DNA of 27,142 nt from Hormoscilla sp. (GTDB taxonomy: Bacteria; Cyanobacteriota; Cyanobacteriia; Cyanobacteriales; Desertifilaceae): assembly GCA_051439505.1 (NCBI GenBank), contig JBFRWI010000091.1, positions 1 to 27,142 on the forward strand, given 5' to 3'. A program made the position numbers and the translations under genes. The notes under the pieces were generated by a model. It saw nothing but the letters and a program-made list of their open reading frames with translations. It searched no databases and had not been told where the DNA came from. Below, one piece after another: positions 1-7,795 of this stretch; positions within the stretch are counted from its first letter, which is position 1, and every line of letters starts with the position of its first letter.

Positions 1-128
1 GGATCCCCCCCAAACCCCCCCTTCCAAAAGGGGGGGCCTTCCTGAAGCCCCCCTTTTTAAGGGGGGTTTGGGGGGATCCGGCGACTGGGAGGGCCGCCCG
101 AACGATCAACGGGTTTTGACCACACCCC
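1..128. mobile_element. End of a GC-rich palindromic MITE/small dispersed repeat inserted in an ATPase gene (may continue left of the window)
   Basis: 1-79 is an imperfect palindrome GGATCCCCCCCAAACCCCCCCTT...AAGGGGGGTTTGGGGGGATCC with internal C-run/G-run hairpins. 107-128 recurs at 2114-2135. The element supplies the last codons and stop of the ATPase ORF. Confidence 0.6.
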
Positions 129-689
129 TTTCTTAGGGCTAAGGACTTGACTTCTGGTAATCAAACCCCCAGAGTTCCACAACTGAAAATGTTCAGAACA
201 CTCCTGCTTTTCCTGATGCTGTTGTGAGTTGAAGATCGTAGCAACTAATTCTAGATCCGCTTGATGTTCCCCTGACTCCCCTACCGTTAACTCTCTGTAT
301 CCCCCAGGAACGCTACTCGCAGAAAAGGGGGGATACAGTCTATAAATTGCCCGAGAATCAATGACTGGGAAACTGCCATCGCCAGAGATATGTGTTTGGA
401 CATGGGTTACATCGATTTTCCTGTCGCCATTCTGCTGATTTTGTGGTAATGTTGGAAACAGCCATTTGAGCCGTGATACCAGATAAGGCCGATCGCCCGT
501 TAAATCTCGTCCCCTAGTCAGCCATTGTAGCGGATCCAAGGGACGACAGTAGGTAGAGATAGCTTCTAAAACGCTGGTTTTGCCTGAGTTATTGACGCCA
601 ACGAGCAGATTTATTTGCCCCAAGGAATCCAAACTCAGATCCCGCAGTCCCCGGAACTGATGAATAGTGAGGTTTTTGATGTGGCTCAT
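57..689 (-). pseudogene. AAA_15/AAA_21-type (ABC-like) ATPase, truncated by a repeat insertion
   Basis: N-terminus IKNLTIHQFRGLRDLSL..INLLVGVNNSGKTSVLEAI has a Walker A motif. No Walker B (hhhhDE) occurs before the stop. The C-terminal KGVWSKPVDRSGGPPSRRIPPNPP is read from the repeat. ATG at 689 is preferred over 704. Confidence 0.7.
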
Positions 690-748
690 TCGCTGGTGAC
701 CCAAATATCTCTATTGATTAATTGTAACATCAACAATCAACCATTTGA

Positions 749-2065
749 CTATCCCATCACTTCCTCCGCGACTTTCGGGACCGCAGCAGTCAACACCTCA
801 TGTCCAGAATCTGTCACCAAAACATCATCCTCTATTCTCACTCCAATGCCACACCATTGCGGGTCAATCTCTGGTTGTTCCTCCGCCGGTTTCGTTTCCG
901 AACTAATGTAAAGACCCGGTTCCACTGTGATTATCTGACCTGGTTGGAAGGTCAGCCAATCTTCTTCTCCTTCCCCCTGCTTGTAAAAACCCGCATCATG
1001 CACGTCTAAACCCAACCAATGACCGGTTCCGTGCATGTAAAAAGGTTTGTATTTCTTCTCTTTAATCAGTTCTTCCATCTCTCCCACGAGCAGTCCGATT
1101 TCCAGCAATCCTTCTATTAGGACTTTCACCGCTGTCCCATGCATATCATTGTAAGTCTTGCCGGGTTTTATTTGCTCGATCGCCTGTCTTTGGGCCTCTA
1201 GGACTATCTCATAAATCACCCGTTGTTGCATGGTAAACTTGCGATTGACGGGGAAAGTGCGAGTAATATCAGCATTATAATACTCGTAACAACAACCCGC
1301 ATCAATCAGCAAGAGATCGCCATCTTGCAACTGGCGATTATTCTCCACATAATGTAATATGCAGGCATTCGGACCCGATGCAATAATAGAAGGATAAGCC
1401 GGTCCCATCACCGACTGCTGGCGAAAAATATACTCCATTTCCGCTTGAATTTCATATTCGTAAACCCCCGGACGGGCTAATTCCCGGGCCCGCTGATGGG
1501 CCTCCACCGAAATTGCGATCGCCTTTCTCATTAACTGCAATTCTGCGGAACTTTTGAGCGATCGCAAGGAATTGAGAATGAAAGCAGGATCTTCCAGGGC
1601 GCGAGGTCCGGTACCCCGCTTAGGATATGCTTTCAGTTGGCGTTGCCAATGCTTGAGGATAGTCCGATTAAAAGCCTCATCCCGTCCGATATGATAATAA
1701 ATTCTGTCCGCCTTTTCCAGATACTGGGGCAGCTTCTCATCCAATTCTGTAATAGGATACACCTCATCGGCACCAAACCGTTCCTTTGCGGCATCGACGC
1801 CCACCCGGGAACCATTCCAGACTTCCTTTTCCCAGTCCTTGGGTCGGACAAACAGCACAAATTTATGTTCGGTGTGGTGGGGGGCCAAAACAGCCACCGC
1901 TGAGGGTTCGTTGAAACCAGTCAGATAGAAAAAATCACTATCCTGTCGGAAATTGTGCTCTACATCATTGTGCATCACGGCCATCGGGGCACTTCTAAAG
2001 ATGGCAGTTCCTTGACCAATCTTGTCCATGAGGCGATCGCGACGCTGGCGGTATTCTGCTTGCAT
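749..2065 (-). CDS. pepP: Xaa-Pro aminopeptidase (aminopeptidase P, M24B)
   Basis: FRQDSDFFYLTGF N-domain; LLIDAG, DITRTFP, HGTGHWLGLDVHD, TVEPGLY and GVRIEDDV metal-binding motifs. Confidence 0.95.
   Translation of the reverse strand: MQAEYRQRRDRLMDKIGQGTAIFRSAPMAVMHNDVEHNFRQDSDFFYLTGFNEPSAVAVLAPHHTEHKFVLFVRPKDWEKEVWNGSRVGVDAAKERFGADEVYPITELDEKLPQYLEKADRIYYHIGRDEAFNRTILKHWQRQLKAYPKRGTGPRALEDPAFILNSLRSLKSSAELQLMRKAIAISVEAHQRARELARPGVYEYEIQAEMEYIFRQQSVMGPAYPSIIASGPNACILHYVENNRQLQDGDLLLIDAGCCYEYYNADITRTFPVNRKFTMQQRVIYEIVLEAQRQAIEQIKPGKTYNDMHGTAVKVLIEGLLEIGLLVGEMEELIKEKKYKPFYMHGTGHWLGLDVHDAGFYKQGEGEEDWLTFQPGQIITVEPGLYISSETKPAEEQPEIDPQWCGIGVRIEDDVLVTDSGHEVLTAAVPKVAEEVMG
2033..2040. repeat. HIP1 octamer GCGATCGC (representative; many copies across the window)
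   Basis: Further examples at about 2892, 3421, 4339, 5069, 7767, 11691, 15580, 21988 and 25511; characteristic of cyanobacteria. Confidence 0.9.
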
Positions 2066-2113
2066 ATACTTAGGGAGACAACTCGTGCGACCATCATCCT
2101 ATCACAGAAAAAC

Positions 2114-2135
2114 CAACGGGTTTGGACCACATCCC
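2114..2135 (+). repeat. 22-bp dispersed direct repeat, copy of 107-128
   Basis: CAACGGGTTTGGACCACATCCC versus CAACGGGTTTTGACCACACCCC (20/22 identical). Confidence 0.75.
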
Positions 2136-2264
2136 GCTATTCTGACGACCGCAGATGTCACCGGTTACTACTTGTCACCTGTGGCTCCCTTGCTGGGGAG
2201 GATCTAGCTTTGACTGCGGGGAGCTGAACATTATGCTGCCGGTGCTCAACGCCGAGAAACCGGG

Positions 2265-2673
2265 TTGCAAGCAATAACCTCCCAGCTTGCGAGCAATAAC
2301 CTCGCAGACTGCGAGCAATAATTAGGGTTAGAACCGGCGATATGGATGGTGGGTTTGAGGGGGAGGATCGGTGCTGCAACTACTTGTGACCACACCGCCC
2401 GGGTCGGATAGTCTCCCCGCCGCAGTCGGATGGTCTGACTGCCGCAGTCGGATGGTCTCCCCGCCCTGGTCGGATGGTCTGACCGCCCTGGTCGGATGTT
2501 CACCCCGCCCGGGTGTGATGTTCACCTCGCCCGGGTGTGATGTTCACCCCGCCCGGGTCTGATGTTCACCCCGCCCGGGTCTGATGGTCACCCCGCCCGG
2601 GTCTGATGGTCTGACCGCCTTGGTGGGATGGTCTGACCGCCTTGGTCGCAAACTGGGAGGTTATTGTTGGCAA
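2265..2673. repeat. Composite repeat element bounded by 28-bp imperfect inverted repeats (2265-2292 and 2646-2673)
   Basis: TTGCAAGCAATAACCTCCCAGCTTGCGA and TCGCAAACTGGGAGGTTATTGTTGGCAA are 25/28 complementary. The left arm is also the first of about 2.5 tandem 22-bp units (2267-2322). Confidence 0.75.
2395..2648. repeat. Tandem array of 11 full plus 1 partial 22-bp units (consensus about CCGCCCGGGTCGGATGGTCTGA / CCGCCCGGGTCTGATGTTCACC)
   Basis: Units start at 2395, 2417, 2439, 2461, 2483, 2505, 2527, 2549, 2571, 2593, 2615 and 2637. There are no spacers and the period is not a multiple of 3. Confidence 0.95.
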
Positions 2674-3022
2674 AGTCTATTGTCAAAAACCTATTGCACC
2701 GGCGCTATGAGACGGTCTGTATCAGGTTCTGGTGGGTTGCTTCAGCCCTGCCTGACTCGATGATTAATTGCTATCACCGGCACATACACTGCCCCTCGGG
2801 GACAATAAATGAACTTTCATCTGAAGAGTTGCGCTGCGACAATTAGGGTTATGGATGGTGGGTTTGGGGGGCGGTGCCGTTCGTGGCCTATGCGATCGCG
2901 TATACTTGAGAACATCTTTGTGGCGAAAATAATCGTGAAGAAACGCGCTCTCCGACAGTTCAACTTGCGACGCTTTCTTTACGTATATAAGCGCGTCACG
3001 AAGCAACAAATAATACAGAAAG

Positions 3023-3250
3023 TTAGGCGGCCATCAAGCCCTGGGTTAAGTTATCGACCAGTGATAAGCGACCTCTACGAAGGAGATATAGGACTCGCTG
3101 TGCAGATTTTCTCTCGAACTCACTGAGAAATTCATTATTGATAACCGTGGTCAGCAGATGGTAGTCGGATAGATTGATTGTGCCGGTTTGAGCAGTGTTG
3201 AAGACAATCTCGGAGATGGAGTTGGATAGGGTTTCGATGTATGACCGCAT
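3023..3250 (-). CDS. Small cyanobacterial hypothetical protein (75 aa)
   Basis: ATG with AAGGA upstream. The pattern ISEI..TG.I.LSD...LSE.ER....R.L..LRRGRL resembles a widespread family of small cyanobacterial proteins of unknown function (recalled, not searched). Confidence 0.7.
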   Translation of the reverse strand: MRSYIETLSNSISEIVFNTAQTGTINLSDYHLLTTVINNEFLSEFERKSAQRVLYLLRRGRLSLVDNLTQGLMAA

Positions 3251-3687
3251 GATGTTTCCTTGAACTCTACAACTCTAATATCCCTCGGATACCAAAACTG
3301 TGTGGTGATGATGACAGCTTGTGGGTTGTGAGAAATTTGAGGTTGAGACGTGAGAGAACATCTCCAGAGGTGGTGACTTTCCGTGGTTATAGTCGTGACT
3401 TGCATCACCTGCGATCTGGTGCGATCGCCCGTGCGGACTGGTTGGAGCAAGACGACAGCCCCCTTAGCTCCCCTTAGCTCCGGTCGAGATCGCTCTTACC
3501 GGTACCTAGGCAAGAATTTTCCCCACAGCGATAGAGAAATGTTGGCTGTCCGCGCAGGAAACCCGTGAGTACCTGCCGGTGAATGAAGCCCTGTCCGTCG
3601 GAGAAAATCAGGTGGGCGGTGCTCACCCGCGATCGCCTCCCCTCCCAATCCATGTTATAATTCAAACGAAGGTATCATTTTCCCACC

Positions 3688-4266
3688 ATGACCACTACAT
3701 CTGTTCGAGATTTAACCTTGGAAGCCTTCCTCAAACTGCCTTATATTGAGGAATCCCCTGCCTGGGAATATAATGGTCAAATAATACAAAAACCCATGCC
3801 CCAAACCCAACATAGCCGATTGCAATTCAAACTTTGTGAAGCCATCAATCAAGTTGGAGAAGATCTAGAGATTGCTTGTGCTTTTCCAGAATTGCGGTGT
3901 ACATTTGGCGATCGCTCCCTCGTTCCCGATATTTCCATATTGCGTTGGGAACGAATTCCCATGACAGTCGAAGGGGATCTCATCAATAAGTTTAATTCAT
4001 TTCCCGATTGGACCATTGAAATTCTTTCTCCAGACCAATCTACCAACCGCGTCGCCGCAAATATTTTACATTGCTTAAAATATGGAAGTCAATTGGGTTG
4101 GTTGCTCGATCCAAGCGATCGCTCCGTGCTCGTTTTTCAACCCCGGCAAGAACCGACTATTTTCTCACAAAGGGATCCCTTGCCAGTGCTAAATGGAATG
4201 GAACTGGAAATGAATGCCACGGAAATATTTGCTTGGTTGCAAATGAAACCAAAGAGAACGAGGTAA
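3688..4266 (+). CDS. Uma2 family (DUF820) putative endonuclease
   Basis: LTLEAFLKLP, IQKPMP..QHSRLQ, AFPELRCTFG.RSLVPDI, PDWTIEILSPDQS, GWLLDP. Confidence 0.93.
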   Translation: MTTTSVRDLTLEAFLKLPYIEESPAWEYNGQIIQKPMPQTQHSRLQFKLCEAINQVGEDLEIACAFPELRCTFGDRSLVPDISILRWERIPMTVEGDLINKFNSFPDWTIEILSPDQSTNRVAANILHCLKYGSQLGWLLDPSDRSVLVFQPRQEPTIFSQRDPLPVLNGMELEMNATEIFAWLQMKPKRTR

Positions 4267-4277
4267 GCAAGAAGTTG

Positions 4278-4484
4278 CTATTGTCCGCGTCCGGGTTTAC
4301 AATCGACAAAACTCAATGCCTCTGTATCCAGGAAGCTGGCGATCGCCATCTCAATCACTGCTGCAACTGGATAATCAATTTCACTAGCACGCGCAATTAA
4401 GGCCGATCGAATCCGTTCGGGTAGCAGTTCCAAGATAATTTCGGCATCAGATTCAGAAAGTTGCTCTAAAAGTTTTACTTGCAT
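4278..4484 (-). CDS. Small acidic helical protein (68 aa), possibly ribbon-helix-helix/antitoxin-like
   Basis: ATG lies 4 bp downstream of the GIY-YIG stop. LELLPERIRSALIARA.EIDYPVAAVIEMAIASFL has RHH-like hydrophobic spacing. Confidence 0.65.
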   Translation of the reverse strand: MQVKLLEQLSESDAEIILELLPERIRSALIARASEIDYPVAAVIEMAIASFLDTEALSFVDCKPGRGQ

Positions 4485-4488
4485 AACT

Positions 4489-4866
4489 TTACGATTCTGC
4501 TGGTATCTTTACGTTGTAAGGAGGTTCGGTAGCTCTCAGGATGATTCCTTCTAGCTCCAATAATAGCGCAGGGTTTTTCCAATGAGAAATTGGCTGCACC
4601 GCAATACGAATATCTTCATCATTATATTTGTCTAGCCACGCCCACAAGAAAGCTTTGTGCCCACCACTGAAGCGACTTCGCAGATTCTTAGTTTTACCGA
4701 TGTACAACAATCCATCAGTCTTGTGTCTAATTGCATAGATGCCAGGACGAGCGGGAATGCTGCCAAAATCACGGCTTAAGGGCAGGCATTGATCAAAGGG
4801 AATGAAGGCGATCTCATCTATAATTATACGTGCTTGGGCTTGCAGTTCAGAGTTGTTCGTCGGCAT
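4489..4866 (-). CDS. Stand-alone GIY-YIG nuclease family protein
   Basis: PGIYAIRHKTDGLLYIGKTKNLRSRF (GIY, YIG, catalytic Arg); LLELE (Glu); PPYN (Asn). Confidence 0.88.
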   Translation of the reverse strand: MPTNNSELQAQARIIIDEIAFIPFDQCLPLSRDFGSIPARPGIYAIRHKTDGLLYIGKTKNLRSRFSGGHKAFLWAWLDKYNDEDIRIAVQPISHWKNPALLLELEGIILRATEPPYNVKIPAES

Positions 4867-4998
4867 GAAAACAAGAAGTACAATTGTATATAACCCATTT
4901 TCTCACAATTTCTGTCGCCTTTGTCATCAGCGCGCTCAATGGTCTGGTGCAACTGACTCTCTCTTGGTCTCACCAGGAAAGAGAACAGCCGCAAACAA

Positions 4999-5793
4999 TC
5001 AAGAGTTAAACTCGTAACTGAGCACTTTGATCTCCGAGCCATTTTCTGGCAAATCAGCAGCACTGAGGGCGATCGCCTGGCCATCAACGCGGCGCACTGA
5101 GATGCCATCCATCAGGGCCAGAAATTCATCCACCGTGACAATATCGCAAGCATTAGCATCAGCAGCAGCAGTGCGGTAATGGGTAGGAATGACAAGCTTC
5201 GGGTTCAATACCGTCAGGGCCTGCTTTGCTTCCGAGGGATTATAAGCTTTGGGACCGCCTCCCACCGGGATGAATACCACATCGGGTGTCCCCATGAGAA
5301 TCTTTTGCTCGATCGATATTGGTGCTGCTACCCCTCCTAAATGTAAAATTTTGATTCCCGCTTGGTTCCAGCGCCAGGCCACATTAGTTCCAAACCGGCG
5401 TCCCCCTTCCCGATCGTGGTCAGTTTTAATTCCCTGAACCTTTATCTGAGAACCAATATTATAGGCTCCAGGCTGATATAATAACTGCGGCTTGCCAGGC
5501 AGAGATTCGATCGCCCCTTCATCCAGTAACTGACTGCTGATCAACACCACGTCCGCCTCGACATTAGGAGGACGATATCCCGCCGTGCAGCCGAGAGTGC
5601 GGAAAGGATTTACCAGGATGCGTTGCCCCTCTCCGGTAAACATAAAACAAGTGTGACCCAACCACTCAATTGACAAGGACTCTGGCTTTGTAACTGCAAC
5701 AGAAGCCGGTAATTTCCCAGTCCAAGCTGTCCCCACAGCAGTGAGTAAACTTGCACCTGCGTAGCGCATCAACTGTCGCCGTTTCATCATCAT
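4999..5793 (-). CDS. MBL-fold metallo-hydrolase with Tat signal peptide
   Basis: MKRRQLMRY twin-arginine leader; WLGHTCF, HLGG, PDVVFIPVGG and VIPTHY motifs. The start is likely one of the ATGs at 5793/5790/5787 rather than 5820. Confidence 0.88.
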   Translation of the reverse strand: MMMKRRQLMRYAGASLLTAVGTAWTGKLPASVAVTKPESLSIEWLGHTCFMFTGEGQRILVNPFRTLGCTAGYRPPNVEADVVLISSQLLDEGAIESLPGKPQLLYQPGAYNIGSQIKVQGIKTDHDREGGRRFGTNVAWRWNQAGIKILHLGGVAAPISIEQKILMGTPDVVFIPVGGGPKAYNPSEAKQALTVLNPKLVIPTHYRTAAADANACDIVTVDEFLALMDGISVRRVDGQAIALSAADLPENGSEIKVLSYEFNS

Positions 5794-5819
5794 CAATTTC
5801 TCTAATTTCTCTACTATCA

Positions 5820-6410
5820 CTACAGTTGGTTCAGGAAATTTCCCAGCAGCTGCTTGCCAGCTTTTGTGAGAATACTCTCCGGATGGAATTGGACGCCCTG
5901 AATGTGAGAATATTGCCGATGTCGGACACCCATAATTGTCTCATCTTCTACCCAAGCTGTAATTTCCAACACCTCTGGACAAGTCTCCCGGTCAATTACC
6001 AAAGAATGATAGCGCGTCGCCATCAATGGACTTTCCACATCTTGGAAGACCCCCACACCTGTATGATGCACTGAAGATGTCTTGCCATGCATCAAAACTG
6101 GAGCCGAAACGATCTTACCACCAAACACTTGACCGATGCTTTGATGTCCCAGACAGACCCCCAGAATTGGCAAACTCGGTCCCAACTCTCTAATCAAATC
6201 TAGAGAAATACCCGCATCGTCCGGACGGCCCGGTCCTGGAGAAATCACCACCGCATCTGGTTCTAGCTGACCAATCTCTGCGACCGATATTTTATCATTC
6301 CGGTAGACCTGAATATCTTCAGCTACGGGCAACTCATTGCCTAACTCTCCCAGATACTGTACCAGATTATAAGTGAAACTGTCATAATTATCGATAACTA
6401 CGATCGACAT
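5820..6410 (-). CDS. trpG: Anthranilate/aminodeoxychorismate synthase component II (glutamine amidotransferase)
   Basis: IDNYDSFTYNL, ISPGPGRP, LGVCLGHQ, RYHSL, GVQFHPES. Confidence 0.95.
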   Translation of the reverse strand: MSIVVIDNYDSFTYNLVQYLGELGNELPVAEDIQVYRNDKISVAEIGQLEPDAVVISPGPGRPDDAGISLDLIRELGPSLPILGVCLGHQSIGQVFGGKIVSAPVLMHGKTSSVHHTGVGVFQDVESPLMATRYHSLVIDRETCPEVLEITAWVEDETIMGVRHRQYSHIQGVQFHPESILTKAGKQLLGNFLNQL

Positions 6411-6470
6411 ACCCTTCTCCTCATATCTATTGTCATTAACTTTTCTTTTTATCTTGCCCTCATCTGATTT

Positions 6471-7391
6471 CTAGGCCCAAGTTTTTACTATCATAGCAAT
6501 CAGGGGAGGCAACAGCAGCAACCCCGCCACCACCATAGCTGCCAATGCCGAAATCAGGACCGCACCCGCCGCGCAATCCTTAGCTATTTTAGCAAGTTCG
6601 TGGTATGATTTATTTACCGTTAAGTCAACAACTGCCTCCAGGGCCGTATTGAGTAACTCCATCGTCAGAACCAGTCCACTTGTCAGTCCAATTACAGCTA
6701 TTTCCACTAACTGCAAATGCAAAAGCAAACTGCCGCTCATCGCCACTGTGCCCAGCACCAGATGAATGCGAAAATTCCGTTGGGTATTAAAAGCGTACCT
6801 TACTCCCTGCCAGGCATATTTGAAACTAACCAGGAGGTTTTCCGCCACCTGCCAGGATAACTCCCGGTTGGGGATCGCAGGCTGATGAGAGTTATTTGGA
6901 GTCGGCGTCATAACAATTCCAGATGTTTTAAGCAGCAGATCTTGCTGGTCCAACATACGCGATCGGCTCTCGTCGTCAGGATGATCCCAGCCCAGGAGAT
7001 GGAGAAAACCGTGAGCTGCTAGCCAAGCTAGCTCATATGAGAGCGAATGTCTTTGCTGTTGCGCTTGTCGCGCCGCTGTCTCCACCGAAATCACGATATC
7101 ACCCAGAGTCAGCAGAGTAGAAGGATGCAACTCATGGGACTTGGGAAAGTCCACTTCCAAAGCTGCGAAAGCCAAGACATCTGTCGGCTGATTCTGATGG
7201 CGGTACTGGGCATTCATTGCCTGAATTTCGGCATCGCTAGTCAGAAGCAGACTCAGTTCATAGCCCTTAGCTGGTGGCAGTAGGGGATGCATTTTTTTTA
7301 ACCATAGAGAGAACCAACTCACCCACGTGCGATCGTCAATTGGGCAATTGGTACTGGCACAAGCCTGGTGAATACTAACGTCAACTTCCAC
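6471..7391 (-). CDS. ybeY-dgkA: In-frame fusion of rRNA maturation RNase YbeY (about 7391-6912) and diacylglycerol/undecaprenol kinase DgkA (6911-6471)
   Basis: YbeY: NAQYRH..QPTDVLAF, LGDIVIS, HGFLHLLGWDH. DgkA: SFKYAWQG..AF.TQRNFRIH, ELLNTALEAVVDL, AKIAKDCAAGAV. There is no stop between them; an internal ATG lies at 6911. Confidence 0.88.
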   Translation of the reverse strand: MEVDVSIHQACASTNCPIDDRTWVSWFSLWLKKMHPLLPPAKGYELSLLLTSDAEIQAMNAQYRHQNQPTDVLAFAALEVDFPKSHELHPSTLLTLGDIVISVETAARQAQQQRHSLSYELAWLAAHGFLHLLGWDHPDDESRSRMLDQQDLLLKTSGIVMTPTPNNSHQPAIPNRELSWQVAENLLVSFKYAWQGVRYAFNTQRNFRIHLVLGTVAMSGSLLLHLQLVEIAVIGLTSGLVLTMELLNTALEAVVDLTVNKSYHELAKIAKDCAAGAVLISALAAMVVAGLLLLPPLIAMIVKTWA

Positions 7392-7439
7392 TATCTAGTT
7401 TCCTCATACCAGCTGTTCGGAGTCAATCTCAAACGTTCT

Positions 7440-7652
7440 TTAGCGAGTCAGGTAGGACAAGAGGATGAGCATGCCTAAAAGACCAACAGTTGTCAGGGCA
7501 AAATGCTTTAAGGAAGTGCCGCCTTTGCGCACCATGTTGCGCATCGCCAGCTTGACGTAACTTGGTTGGGGTTCTGTTGCTGCCGGTGCTTCCTGGTCCA
7601 CCACCGGTTCCGCATTAACTGGCGCTTCTACTTGGTTAGATGATTGGCTCAT
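7440..7652 (-). CDS. DUF3285 family small membrane protein
   Basis: PSYVKLAMRNMVRKG.TSLKHF.LT..GLLG.L..LSYLTR, in its usual position between prfB and ybeY in cyanobacteria. Confidence 0.85.
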   Translation of the reverse strand: MSQSSNQVEAPVNAEPVVDQEAPAATEPQPSYVKLAMRNMVRKGGTSLKHFALTTVGLLGMLILLSYLTR

Positions 7653-7795
7653 AAGCTGAGTGCAAACACGTTCTCTCTAGTGTAACGTATCATTCATTTT
7701 GTTACGTGAAGAGTACAAGAAAATCTCTCCACTGCCCGCCGGTCTATTGCCAAAAAGGGGAGAGGGCGATCGCCCCATCCCCCCGATCGGCTCTA

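Noticed and set aside
2395..2648. 22-bp array as a CRISPR or a repeat-protein gene (ORFs 2246..2503, 2328..2525, 2371..2562)
   Set aside because: There are no spacers, and a period of 22 is not a multiple of 3. The ORFs are by-products of GC-rich repeats.
3250..3680. Riboswitch or tRNA in the long intergenic region
   Set aside because: No recognisable conserved riboswitch motif or cloverleaf/T-loop signature was seen by eye.
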